A stretch of 63,623 nucleotides of DNA, the filler included, from Hausera hauseri (lineage: Eukaryota), in the NCBI GenBank assembly GCA_046269625.1. It is 11 parts of 11 records of this genome, joined end to end, with 100 filler letters (N's around TTAATTAATTAA, not from the genome) between each part and the next. Parts side by side here need not be neighbours in the genome. Positions count along the whole stretch, not along the records: positions 23,940 to 31,284 come from JBJURY010020564.1; positions 31,385 to 38,226 come from JBJURY010059884.1; 9 more parts are not named here. One strand, given 5' to 3'. The position numbers and the translations under genes were made by a program. Each line of letters starts with the position of its first letter. Positions within the stretch are counted from its first letter, which is position 1. Positions 25,621 through 38,326 of this stretch are shown in pieces. Under the pieces are notes generated by a model. The model did no database searches. It was given only the letters and a program-made list of their open reading frames with translations, and was not told the origin of the DNA.

Positions 25621-26389
25621 TAAGCAACAATTAAATAATGACCATTATCATTTTATGATAATATCATTTATAATATCATTTATGATAATATCATTTATAT
25701 CATTTGTAATGACCATTATCATTATCAACAAATTTATCAACTGTATATAAAACATAAAGTAATTAGTAGACAGGGTTTGTGCACGCATTTAATGGGCACA
25801 TCACATATATGTCTAATTATCAGTCGCATCATTAATTTTTTTCCTTCTGTATAAATATTAGCTTTACAGATGAACGATGACATTATGAGCCAAATATTAG
25901 ACGGATGTTTATTAAGCCGACATATCACCAAGAAAACATAATTAGTAAAATAATATTGGTCAAAAAATGGTAAAACCTTTGTCAATTCAAAAAATTCTAG
26001 GAGGAAATTGAAGAATGCAAATAGGCGTAATAATTAAACACCAATACTGCATAAACACATAGAAAGTTGCCCACCTTTGTCGACATAAATTTATAGTACA
26101 GTGTGGTGAAATTCTATTATTAAAATACTGTTTATGTAATGGAAATGTCTGCCTTGGCCTGCAAAATATTTATGGCAGATTGTTTAAAAAATATTTTTGA
26201 AGATTATAAATTTTATTCCGTAATTTAGTCTTTTTGAATGGTTTCTAAATTTAATGCGAATCCAAAGCGAAATGCGGAATTGAAGACTATATGGCTACAT
26301 AAATCATCTGTGTCGACCACCGTTTATCTCGACTTAAATTTTTCGGTCCGTTCGTTGACGACATAAGTGGGTAGCACTGTCTAAGTATA

Positions 26390-28237
26390 ATGTGTAACAT
26401 TATTTGCATCCGTTGTAACTGGATATTTATAAATATGTCGTACGCTTCGACGTTAATTATTTGTTTTGCAGGAATTGTGCTTTCAACAACAGCTTCATTA
26501 TCGGAAACGTCTATTAAATCTAATTCTTTATACGAAACTCTTTGTGTCATCTTCGAATGTATTCATTCTCTTGGTCAATGTGGTGCTTTGAAAATTCTTC
26601 CTGTTGGTAACTTAACAAATGACGAATGGCCAACAAAAACTACTATTGCTAAACGGTGTTTTGCGTAAGTCAGAATATTGTTTGGTCCCTAATATTATAT
26701 TTCTTTCAGCTACGTTCGTGGTACTTACAACGCAAAAGTTAAGGAAGGAGCTTTAAAAGCACTCGCTGGATTAGCGATGGGTGAAACTGATAGTGATTTT
26801 TCACCAATTATTATTGAACTTCTTATGCAAACATTTTCTGTAAGGGTTAATTTTATTTTCACAATTTCCGTCCGTTATTAGATGAAAGATCCACTTTTAC
26901 ATCGGAGTATAGCTCAGACAATCGTTTGTACTGTCATGAGAACCCATTCACCTACCAAAGGTCGTTGGTATTCACGCCGTTTTGGTAGTCCAACGGAGCA
27001 GTTGAAACATTCCGATAGTGGAATATCAACTAACCTGCAATTAGTTCTAAACAAAATTCATGACATTTTAATGCAAAGCAACAACATTAGTAGACATAAT
27101 GTTACCATTTGGTGTTTGTCTATTGTTCAGAATTTGGGATGGGTTCCGAATTTTAATTTGTCAATGTTGCATTCACGGATATTGAATATGTTGGGTGATA
27201 AAGATGAAACTACACAGGATACAGCTTCCCGAGTGCTAGTTTCGATTTATCAACATAGCCAACCTGAAGAGAGACGATTAATGTCGGAAGAATTTACCCA
27301 AGTTATTTTATACGGCCAAAGAGGTCGTATTAATGTTGATAATAATTTTACAGATACTAAATTACAATCACTGACATATTTCGTTAATGGTGACAAACGT
27401 GAGTTTACTGTTCTCAGTGAATCCGATCTGAGTGCAACAATTAATAATATAAAACAAATAGCCACTAGTGGACAAATGAAATTGCATCAGGAACTCATCA
27501 AATTACTCCAAATGAATTTAGCAAAAATTAGCCAATTCATGGATCTCAGCAATTTCGTATTCCATTACATCAATTCACATAAACCAAAATCGGCTATTAA
27601 ATCACACATACATGGACTCGATCAAACTATACATAACAATATTTTGACTAAGTTGTGTGATTTAATACTGAGTGAACCGACTTTCAGTAAATTACGTACA
27701 GAAGAACAAATGGAATACGCTGTCGATTGTATTCTCAAATTATCTAACTCGATGCAGGGTCATCGAAGTTATCTCCAGTCGATGAAAAGACCCGGTGAAC
27801 TCGATGAACGAGTGGTATATTTTCCGGAGACGTTTTATGACGAATTTATACAAATGACCGACGATGAATTCCAGAGTTACCAAAATGCACCGACAGCGTC
27901 TCGTACCAAAATAAAAATATCGTGCCAACCCTTAATTTTATTGCTACCCGTGGGTGCCTTGAGCGACAACGTTAGGACAACCTGCACTGAATCAACAAAA
28001 AGGTCGGTGAATTTGCTATATTTCTATTTCGTTATAATTCATAAAATTATGCCAACCAAGGCCATACCAACCGAAACCATATTCCACGTCATAACACTAG
28101 GTGCTAATCTGAAACATCTTATAATCAATGCTATTAAAAATACTCATCCACAAATTTCAGATTCAACTTCTCTTCGATGCATAATGCAATTCATATGCAA
28201 TTCAGTATTTGAGTTCAGCCCGTCTTCAACATTGTGA
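26390..28237 (+). CDS. ECM29: ECM29-like (proteasome adapter) gene segment with short introns; 3' part of the ORF not recognisable
   Basis: KVKEGALKALAGLAMGE, RHNVTIWCLSIV and LGDKDETTQDTASRVLVSIYQ..LYGQR match ECM29 HEAT repeats. GT-AG introns at 26665-26709 (45 bp) and 26840-26881 (42 bp) restore the frame. Confidence 0.7.
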
Positions 28238-28528
28238 GAATCTACGAGATTTTTCAATAATCATTAGGTCACAGACTCGCAAATTATTGAGAATCATCGA
28301 TTTAACTGGCGGTGCCAAAATAATCGTGTCAGGAACAAAGATGACAGACACTGGAATGGCATTTATTCTGAATTATAAATGCGTGAGGAACGTTAAAAAA
28401 CTCGACGACGTCAAACATCAACCGAGCTGGAGGTGCAGGACGTCTTTTCTAGTGTTTACCACCCCGGTCAGGCAGATCAGCCGTCACCACACAGGAAATT
28501 TGTGTGCGTCCGTACCGTATGCGCCACT

Positions 28529-29440
28529 TTACACACCTGACCTATCTGACAACTTTATCTTACTTATCCTTTTGCTCGAAAATAAATGTACAAACATATT
28601 TTTAGTGAGTTTGTGTTTCCAAAAGTTATTGAACAAAAACACGTAATGTAAAACAAGCAAAGTAAAGAATAAATAAAATTCCGAACATTTATTCTGTTTC
28701 ATGTCAAACTCGTCCATCGAAGCGTACGATTCGTCCGTACTGGATAGGGAAGGTTCCGTTCTGATGAGTTGACGAGATGGAACCGGCTGATCGTCAGAGC
28801 CGGAATCGGTTGGTACTGCTCTTGTCATCTGTCGTCGGCGACGACGACATGGTATTGGCGAGTCCTGCGAGCTTGCGGTCCCCCGACGTTTCGGGATTAG
28901 CCGACTCTCGGAGGGAGCCATCGAGTCAAAAAGCCGGTCGGCCGCCGTCATCAATCTCATAAAAACTGGAAGAAAGATTGATGAGTCAAAAAGGCGGCGG
29001 TTATCACCGTCGGAGTAGAATCTCCGGAGGTGTCCTCGGGGAAGATGGTATGGGTCCTCCTCCGGTAACTCGGTGAGATGCCGTATGAATCTGCTGTGTT
29101 GCAGGAGCTCGCGCACCGTCACATAGTCAGAATATGAGCGGCACGGAGCGTGGCGGCCTACTCGTTTACTGGCTCGCCGATCGGCACGGCTCCGGCGTTC
29201 GGACCGGGTTTGTCTTGTCAAAGCGGAAGGGTCATCAGCTGGATTCGCCTCGCTGGTTTGTATCGGCCGTGGTATCTTCGGGATTCGATACCCCGGAGTA
29301 GACATGGTCTTCTTTTCGCCAAGGGTGGCGTTTGGTCGCACTGCTGCATCGACTGGAATGGCCTTGGTATCTTTCCGGACGAGTGGTTCGCCGGGTTTGG
29401 ATGTTACGGCCGAGAGATTCCCTTTGTGGATTTCGGACAT
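28529..29440 (-). CDS. Unknown R/S/P-rich 303-aa ORF in a GC-richer island
   Basis: Open frame, GC content above the flanks, basic clusters (RRRRR). No recognised domain. Confidence 0.35.
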   Translation of the reverse strand: MSEIHKGNLSAVTSKPGEPLVRKDTKAIPVDAAVRPNATLGEKKTMSTPGYRIPKIPRPIQTSEANPADDPSALTRQTRSERRSRADRRASKRVGRHAPCRSYSDYVTVRELLQHSRFIRHLTELPEEDPYHLPRGHLRRFYSDGDNRRLFDSSIFLPVFMRLMTAADRLFDSMAPSESRLIPKRRGTASSQDSPIPCRRRRRQMTRAVPTDSGSDDQPVPSRQLIRTEPSLSSTDESYASMDEFDMKQNKCSEFYLFFTLLVLHYVFLFNNFWKHKLTKNMFVHLFSSKRISKIKLSDRSGV

Positions 29441-30449
29441 GTTTGCGTTGTATAGTTTTTTAAATGAAACTGTTCAATCTCTGAACTGTGGATTTAAACA
29501 AAAAGAATAAATCCACAGATCTTGATTGTTTTATATTAGTAAGTGCTGCTTATTTCGGCACTTATGATTTCGTGGTTTAATTTTGGTATATTATATGTTG
29601 ATATATTTGGTTTTATTTTTTTGGGCGAACCCGTGATTTTGTGTTATGATTTTAAATTTTAAATTGTTATTTGATAAGATTTTACGGAGAATAAAAATTT
29701 TTTAAATTTATGATTTTATTTAGTATTTTGTAAGGTGGAACCTTACAGGCCATTTGTGGAGATATGTGAATTTTTGTTAACGGAAAAAACCCAAATTCTG
29801 TGGACTGAATGTAAATAAAAAGGGGAACCAACCGTCTTACGAAGAGGCTATACTATGGTTTAAAACTGTGTTTATGAGCATGGTGAACTCTTTCGATGGG
29901 GTAGTCGAATTGTCCCATATGTGTCAAAAAGAAGGAAAAAAGTTTTTGACATTTGAGATCAGGGTGCCCCAAGCAACGGTTAAAATTTTTGAGTTAAACA
30001 AAGATGAATTTGTTCAAGAAGTTCTGAAAAAACGAAACAGCTCAAAAAATGCTAAGAGAGCGGTTTGTTTTCAAACCAAAAATGAAGGTAGAAGAGGTGT
30101 GGGATGGGTTAAAATTTTGGAGAACAGCCAAACTACAAAAGAATACAGAGAAGTGAAGAAATCTTTCCGGAATATGATAAAGTCTTCCAACAGAAATTTC
30201 GGAGAGACAACGTACGCGAAACCCACGGAATATGACAGAATACCGGTTATACACAACTGTGGAACAGAATATCATAAAAAAGAAAGGTTAGAAAAGTGTC
30301 AATGGATAGTAATATTGCTCAGGACATGTAACCACCTATCAGTTTGATTACAGATAGGAGAATACAGGCTCAAACGCATTCTGCGTATCATAAGGCCAGA
30401 AAGCTCTACTGCCTCACAAAACAGTGACCAGCGCCAAAAGTGGAATAAG

Positions 30450-31000
30450 CCGCTATCTAAAACCGCCATTTAAACAACTTATGTTCGAATAAGGATTATT
30501 ATCACTCATATACCTCATGTTGTGTCTATTGACATGACCGTACAATTAGAATGCAGCTTCGTCACAAAAAACAATACGTCTTGAAAAACTATCGTCAGCA
30601 ATTATTAAATCAATTATCTTATCACAGAACTCAACTCATCTATTTGGATCATTTTCGTTCAGTTTATGCACGAGCGTTACTCTGAACGGATGGAACTTGA
30701 GTTTCTTTTTCAAAATATTGTAAATCGAACTAAAGCTGAGATCGTGTTGTTGATGTAACTTTCTTGCTAATGAATGACAATCTTCCACGACGAACTGTGA
30801 AACATTCAACTGGTTCTCTTCATTCGCAGCGGTTGTGGCACAGCCTGATCCAGGGCGATTTTTACACAATCTATTTCATTAAAGCGGTCGAGCGTTTCCT
30901 TAGCGGCCATCTTAGAAACTGGTTAATTTCTTTCTGGAAACTCCATATTAAATAAATCCTGAAAAGATCTCATTTTGTCACAATAACCTCTTATCATGAG
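30450..31000 (-). mobile_element. Tc1/mariner (Tc3-like) transposase fragment
   Basis: SIYNILKKKLKFHPFRVTLVHKLNEND, IVFCDEAAF.LYGHVNRHNMRY. Confidence 0.8.
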
Positions 31001-31384
31001 AATGGTTATTCGATCACGCTCAGCAAGAACCGTTTTTAAGATAATATTCAACTAGTTATTGAATATAAGTCAAATTAAGAAAAATAACTAAAATGAAATA
31101 ACTACTTGAAAATTGTTGAAGATAGAGGAGAGATCAAAAACAAAACTAACTCAAAATAATGTAAAAGGAAAATTTTCTCCGAAAAAATTTTCTGACAATT
31201 ATGAAATTTATACCTCTAAAAATATTTAAGAAATTTCGCAAAAATTAAAATATTTGCTCACGTATTCACCAGAATTTAAAGGTANNNNNNNNNNNNNNNN
31301 NNNNNNNNNNNNNNNNNNNNNNNNNNNNTTAATTAATTAANNNNNNNNNNNNNNNNNNNNNNNNNNNNNNNNNNNNNNNNNNNN

Positions 31385-33480
31385 GTATCGTGAAATTTCT
31401 TCGATCCACCGGTTTAACCTACATGTCGGGTTATTTGCCCGTCCTTTTAACGTTGTAACAGTTTGTGATCGGTAACTATAATAATTTTCTGTCCGTAAAC
31501 GTAGACATTAAAATGTCTTAAAGCTTCTTTTATGGCTAGTGTCTCTAGTTCAGTAACTGATTAGTTTTTCTCCGCTTTCTTAAGCGATCGCCGTCCATGC
31601 GTAATTGGGTGTTCCAACTATTTATCTTCCTGTTTCTGAGCCAATTCGTAACCAATTCCCTCTTTACTGGCATCTGTTTTAATTATAAATGGTAAATTAA
31701 AATCGAGATATATTAGCACTGGTTCACTTGTTAGAATTTTATTTATTTAATCGAACGCTTCCTGTTCAATATCAGTCCATTTTCATTTGATACCTTTTTT
31801 AACAGACGATATAATGGTGCATTTATTTTCCAATTATCCGGCACATAAGTGACATAATATCCACATAAGCCTAACCAATGTCTTAATTCTTTGTGAATCT
31901 CGGGTTCCATACAATCCGATATTTTGTTTAATAAAGATTTATCTGATTCTGACCCTCCTTCTCCAACTATATGTCCGAGATATGATACAGAATTTTGTGC
32001 CAATTTACATTTCTTTGGGTTCTGATTTTAATCCTGCCTGTTCCAACCGCATAAGAGTGTCTTCGATGTCCTTTAGGTGTTCCTCTCCTATCCTTGATGC
32101 TATCATTACATTGCCTAAGTATGCGAATGCATGATCGAGTCCCATTAGCATTTTATTCATCATTCTGGTGAAGATAGCTGGGCCGGTAGTTATACAGAAC
32201 GGCATAACGTAAAATTCGTAAACTCCATTGTGTGTTTTAAATGCTGTTTTATAACGATCATCTTCTTCAATTTCTACTTGCCAATATCCTGATTGTAGTT
32301 CCAGTGCGGTAAACCACTTTGCTCCTGATAATCGGTCTAGAGATTCTTTTACTGATGGTAGTGGAAATGAGTCTTTTATTATCAGCGTGTTCAGGGATCT
32401 GTAATCTATACATAAGCGATGTTTTGTGGTATCCTTTTCTTGAACATGAGTATTGGCATGTAGCAAGACCGATAGCTTGGTCGTATTATATCAGCCTTTA
32501 ACATACGTTCTACCTCTTTGGTTATTTCGGGCCTTAATGAAAGGGGCGTTGGGTACCATTTAGGCATCTTTTGCTCTTCCAAGTCAATTTTGTCATTGGA
32601 GCCAGGTTTCTTTTTTAGTGGAATCGTTAGTCTTAACGTTTTTGCTCTGCCTATATCTTCCTCATTTTGGGCAATAATCCACTTATATTTACATAATAAT
32701 TCGTAAAATTGACAATATGCTTCGGGTGAAAACTTTGTTTCTACATGAGGTGGAAACTCGGCATATTTTAAGATTTTTCTTTGATCGTTATTGCCGATAC
32801 CTTATAAGTATGACCCAAGATAGTATTAGCATACAATTTTACAGAAGTGGGCGTATTATTTACTAATCTGACTGGTACTCTTCCTGTCACTACTCTTGTC
32901 AAAATGTTACTAAGCATGGTATTTAGATTAATTTCGTCTTGGGGTTCAAAATATACTAGTTGGTCGTCGTCTTCGCGGATTTGAGCATAAATTAATATTT
33001 CGGTTCTAGGCGGAATATTTTCGTCGACGGGGATCTATACTTCTCCTAGCTGTCTTTCTTTCATTGTTTTAATTCCTTTCGCTGGTCCCAATTCAAGTAG
33101 CTTTTCAGTCTTCAAGTTTATTGCGATATTGTGTAATTGTTTCAGTATATCGCAACCTAACACTACATCATCAGTTAATTGATCCATTACGGCAAACTCG
33201 TGTCCAAGTATTTGGCCCATTAACTGAGCTAAGGGACTCCATTTAAATTTCAGTTTAGATTCTTGCCCGAAAGCTCCTATGCTGCCTGGGTCTGACGATG
33301 ATACTGGCTGTAGTTGTTTTCGTAATGTCGGCGGTATTAATTCTAACTTGATGAATGATTTCTCTGATCCGGTGTCGATTAAGGCATAGACTTCCCAATC
33401 TTCAATAGTAACTTTTGTGAAGGGTCTCCCTTCCATAACTGTTCTATAACAATTTGACACGTCTGCTGTTCGTTTAATTG
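31385..33480 (-). mobile_element. Ty3/Gypsy pol (family A): protease, spacer, RT, RNase H (pseudogene)
   Basis: GRPFTKV..YALIDTGSEKSFI..VVLGCDIL; RLCIDYRSLN, ELQSGYWQ, AYLGNV (mutated YxDD); IKTDAS, ELETLA. Very similar to 17526-19466. Confidence 0.95.
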
Positions 33481-34081
33481 TAGAAATCTTATGTCCGTTT
33501 ATCGTTATTTCTGGTAATGAAATCATGTTCTCGGTCGGCTGTTTCAGTTCTTCGTTAGGGTATAAGTCGTTCATTGCTACGCTACCTGCATTGCTTCTAA
33601 TTAATGGTTGTTGAATTATTTGGTTTTGAAGCAATTTCATTCCTTGTGTTCCCCAAACTGTTGATTTTGTCTCTATATTACGATCTATTCTCGGCCAGTA
33701 CAATATCCTGTGGTCACCTTCCGCTCGTCGTTGATTAGTGATCTGCATTTTCTTTAATACTCCGTATTGTTTTGTTCCTTCATAAGGGTCCTCATAGCTA
33801 AAAGGTCTTCGACAGAAATCCGATTTGTATGACACCATAGATGTTCTATCGCAATCGTCGTATAATGGAGCCGTTGGCGGCATGATGGGCAAAAGTGCCT
33901 TAATTACTGAATACATTTTATGTCTATTTTGTTTGAGGATTGCTTCTCCTCCCTTAGGCTCGTCATCATCGGAGTCATTTCTTCGTGTTGTTAATTTCTT
34001 AGCTTTGTGTTTCAATAGAAACGTGGGTCTTGCTCATTGTTTATAATTATGATAGCCGACGTGGCGTTCAACGTCATTTTT
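33481..34081 (-). CDS. Linker between glycoprotein and protease, in frame with both; contains PTAP and LYPNEEL
   Basis: Part of ORF 33035-34015. Only two in-frame stops (TAG at ~34083, TGA at ~34035) separate it from the glycoprotein tail. Confidence 0.6.
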
Positions 34082-35930
34082 CTATCGGTTTTCGTCGTAT
34101 GCTTTAAGCATTTTGCCGAACGATGTGATGATTGCGGTTAAGATCTTGCAGGAAAATCCTGTTAGCGTAAAGATTTCGTACCCGTTTATAACCGCTTGGA
34201 TTACCGCTTTTACTAGTTGTACCAAGAAACAGATTGCTAAAAATCCAGATGCGGCTTGTCCAAAAATGAAAAATCGTCCCCATATTTTGTAGAATATTTC
34301 TGTGGTTACCCGTTGGTAATGGTTTGCACCAAGTAATGATTCGAATTTAGCCTAATATCGAGTATCGTCAACTACTGATGCCATAGCTCGATTTAATTCG
34401 TGTGTTCTCTGTCGTGGGAAAGCAAGGAATTGTCGAAAAGCTTCGATTTCTTTAGGCCTGTAAATACCTTTTTGAGATGTATCCTGAAACTTATCATCAA
34501 TAATTCCTTTTGCTAAATTAGTTCAAGTTAGTTTTTAGGAATGATAGTAACGCCTTTATTAGGTAGGCTAACCCAATCTGTTTCGCTACGCCTAAACATT
34601 GGTTCACCCAGACTTGCTTTGCAATCCTTTACGATGGTTGGTTGCGTTGCATTATCAAGCAACACTCTAGTGAGAGGCATGGATAGATGTGGAGTGTTTT
34701 GGTAGATTACAGGGAGCTCTTGTGTGCATTGTTTTTCTTCGACATTAATTGGTACGTCTCTTTTCTCTCACTCGTAGGTCAGTAGGACCTCGCGAGTAAC
34801 TCGCCGAAGATTCCTTCTCTCATGGGAATGATCGGTGAAGCTAACTCAGGGTTCGCATAAATAAGATCTAATTATGTCCTCATAATTTCCGTATTTAATT
34901 TGCAGTCGTTGGTTATCATTTTGTAATATAGTTCGGCTATTACGACTTGTCCTTTTTAATAAAAATAATCGTCTCGGTTTTTTAGATAATCTTCGATTCT
35001 AATGTCTTGCGTTTTTAAGTTGTAGGTTTTCGAGCTTATCTCCGCTTCTGCGACGAAGAACTGTTGGTAGTTAGTGGTGAACATTATTACTTCGCAACGT
35101 GAAGTCATTTCCCTTTTTATGAATTTCAATCCATACTGATCAGAGATTAATATCGTAAGTGTATAATGTTTTGATACGTCTTCATGTGCTCTTAAATTGA
35201 TGTCGGATTTGTCTACGTATCGTTTTCCGGTAGTTTCAGGTCCTTAGTCTTAATGAAATTACTGCCTTTTGCAGCGAGCGGTTCCCATATGACGACAGAA
35301 CTTCTGAAAGCACACGTTTCGTCTTGTATGTGACATTTTGGTTCTTGGTATAGAGCTTAGTAACGCAATGGAACATTACCTTCTGTACTCGCATTTCTGA
35401 TTCGTAAAAGTCTACTACTACTACAGTTGCTTCCAGACCTTTCCAGTGTCGTATTCTGCTCCGCTACAATGTCCGTTGTGCATTTCCAGCCTTCCAACTA
35501 CTATTTTATATGCTATGATTACCTTTCCGGGCTGCATTTCTAATTCGATGCTATCACATTTTAGTCTTCCCGTCTCTCTGGCCTGTTTACAATGTTGCAT
35601 TTTTAAATTCATGGGAATTGGGGGGGGGGAAGGTCGTTGGTTTGATTATAGAGGAATTTCCGTGCATTAGTCCACAGTGAAAGATACTATGAGATCGTCT
35701 CAGCATACATTCCATGCCATCCAAAGATATCAACTCTTGTTGTTGGTATAGGAAGTAGCTCTCTTTCTTTGTTTCCAATTTATGTTGTCTGGCATCCTCA
35801 CATGATTCTAAGTCCATTAGGGAATATTTCTGTCCAAGTTTAAATCTATCGCAATCGTAAACGGTAACGACGCCCATGTGTTTTATCAACATCATTATGG
35901 TGAGTAAACTGATTAACCAATTAAATTCAT
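34082..35930 (-). pseudogene. Chuvirus(Jingchuvirales)-like fusion glycoprotein (env), copy A
   Basis: Signal WLISLLTIMMLIKHMGV; VYDC..KYSLMDLESC..YFLYQ..ECMLRRSHSIFHCG; GHCSGAEY...VW; GIYRPKEIEAFRQFLAFP; TM region KIWGRFFIFGQAASGFLAI..KAVIQAVINGYEIF..GFSCKILTAI. Confidence 0.8.
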
Positions 35931-36249
35931 TCTTTCGGTTGTTATTATCCATTGTCGTCAAGTTCCGTATGACATCTCCTAGTCCTTTATTAGTATTCCT
36001 CTTGTCTTCTTCCTTGTCAAACAATTTTGGCCAATTTACTTCACATGGTAGCTTCCTAGATGCTTTTCGCGCCAAACTTGTAGTTCGATTTAGTTCATTT
36101 TCTTGATTTGGAATTGTCTTAATTGCCAAGAACAATAATACTTTTCTTAACTCTTCGGTGGTATTTTCCACCATAATTTTCTCTTCTATTGCGTCGTCCG
36201 TTAGGCTGTTTTTAGACAGCTTGATACGCGAATTTCTCACTGTCCTAGC

Positions 36250-38226
36250 TGCGTTAAATATCGCCTTTTTTATCGTCTAATGTATCCCCTCGAAGGCTTG
36301 AATAATTTACGATACGTATTAAATTCTTCATTAACTCGTTTAACTCTTCATTGTTGGTGCTAAAGGTAGGAATCTACATTTGCCTTAGTTCTCTAAATAA
36401 TTCTCTGTTTTATTTGATTTCTTCTCGGGCTTTCCTAGGTCTTCCGACCGGGCGTTTAGGCTTTGGAAAATTGGTTATCATCCCGCTTAGTGGTACTAGA
36501 TTTTTGTCATATTGTTTCTTGTTTTCATCTGTCTGTAAATACTCGAAATACATTGCAGCGTCTTGTACTCTCATGATTTGCCCTACTCATTGTTCCGTTT
36601 TGGCCTTCCGCGTGGCCTCTTCTTTTGTCTGTTCGTTGGCTATTATTACTACTATCCGATTTGTTTCATCGGGAATAATTCCGACGTCTATTAACTGTTC
36701 TAAATCATCGAGTATTCTTCCTCTAAAGTAAAATCTGTAATTTAGCTCATTTGTGCCGCCATTGTTTAGTAACCATTCTCTTACGTTTTTTACATAGGAA
36801 TATGTAGTTAACTCACATTCTTTTTTTCCCATCCACTCAGATGATATTATTATTTTCATTGTTACCTCCGGTTTATCCTTCAAGATTTGCGCATACTTCT
36901 TTATTAAAAGTTTCGGCACCGTGTTGTAAATTATGTTTTCACTGGATAATTTAGTCAAAGTCGGAATGAGTTTTCTGAGCTTATTTTCAGTCATATTCAC
37001 ATTAATTGATTCCATCAAGTCCTTTTGGGTTAACGCTGAGTCTAGGAGCATCTCCACATTGAATTTCCTGTTCTGCGGATACATTTCTATTTCATCTAGG
37101 TGTACTGGCGTTACCGGGTTTTCAGCCGTTATTTCTTCTAAGTAAGCATCCCATTCTAGTTCATTCCCAATATCTAGGAGTCCATAGTCTACTAGAGCTG
37201 TGTTTGTTTTTTGCACAATTCCTCGAATTTTTTTTAGTCTTGGTTGCATTTCTTTCATCTGCGTAGTTCGGAAACCTATTCCGTTTCCACAAGCATATTG
37301 AATCTTTTTCAGTAGTTGGCCTAATTCATTAGAATTGATGAATCCTTTATGGTGATAATCAGTTAGTTCAATAATTACGTCGCTTTGCCGTCTGTATACG
37401 AATTCTTGCTTATTTTTGATTTCTGATTCGGTAAAAGCGTATTTATTTCGGTAACCTTTAAACTCTTGCTATTTCATCTAGCCTTATTTCTCTTTATTTC
37501 ATTCGGATGCACGTTTCTTCTACTTGGTGTAATTTAGGCATTAACTGCCTCATCTTTTCATCATTAATCTCCGCCATTTCTACCAATACGTATGCTAGCC
37601 CATACAGTTCATTTATAATTTTTGAGTGGGAATCCATTGCGTCTAGCAATTTCTTTATAAACTTAGATTTTTCGACACTAAGACTTTGGTTGTTTCTTAT
37701 TTTTGTCAATTCGGTATGGTAATTCTGATCCGTACCGGCCATCCATTCTCGTGGTTTATGCAAGAATCTTACTGCTTCTATTAGGGCTGCTCTATATTCT
37801 TGGCAAATATCTAAGGTTTCGATATCCTGGATTAAAATCACGTCGATAGGTTTCTCTGTTAAATGTTGGATTTCTTCTAGTCGGATGCTTCTTAACCTTG
37901 AGTAAAAATTGCAAGTCATATTTTGCTTTTCTGTAAAGTTCGTTTCTTCGATTATTTTATAGATCTCTTCCAATGTTGTCATTTCTTGTTTCTTCGTCAT
38001 AAAATTTAATTGTCGTAATGATTCGAATCGTGTCCGGATGTCTATTTTTGCCCGTATGGTGTTTAAGTTATGTGCAACTTTTTCTAGTTGCTTTTTTACA
38101 GATGGTTCGCTTTCCGAAAATTCTTCCTTACTGTCTTCTATTAACTTACTTAATCTCGTTATTAATTCGGACCATTCCGACTGTTGGTTGGCAATTATCG
38201 GTTTTGCTAATATTGCCTTGTCTAAC
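36250..38226 (-). pseudogene. Decayed 5' coding region of the family A element: helical ORF, ubiquitin-like domain (36859-36640), AT-hook-like motif (36431-36463)
   Basis: NVREWLLNNGGTNELNYRFYFRGRILDDLEQLIDVGI aligns without gaps to ubiquitin [48 protein letters not shown] lies in the same frame after one TGA. Confidence 0.6.
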
Positions 38227-38326
38227 NNNNNNNNNNNNNNNNNNNNNNNNNNNNNNNNNNNNNNNNNNNNTTAATTAATTAANNNNNNNNNNNNNNNNNN
38301 NNNNNNNNNNNNNNNNNNNNNNNNNN

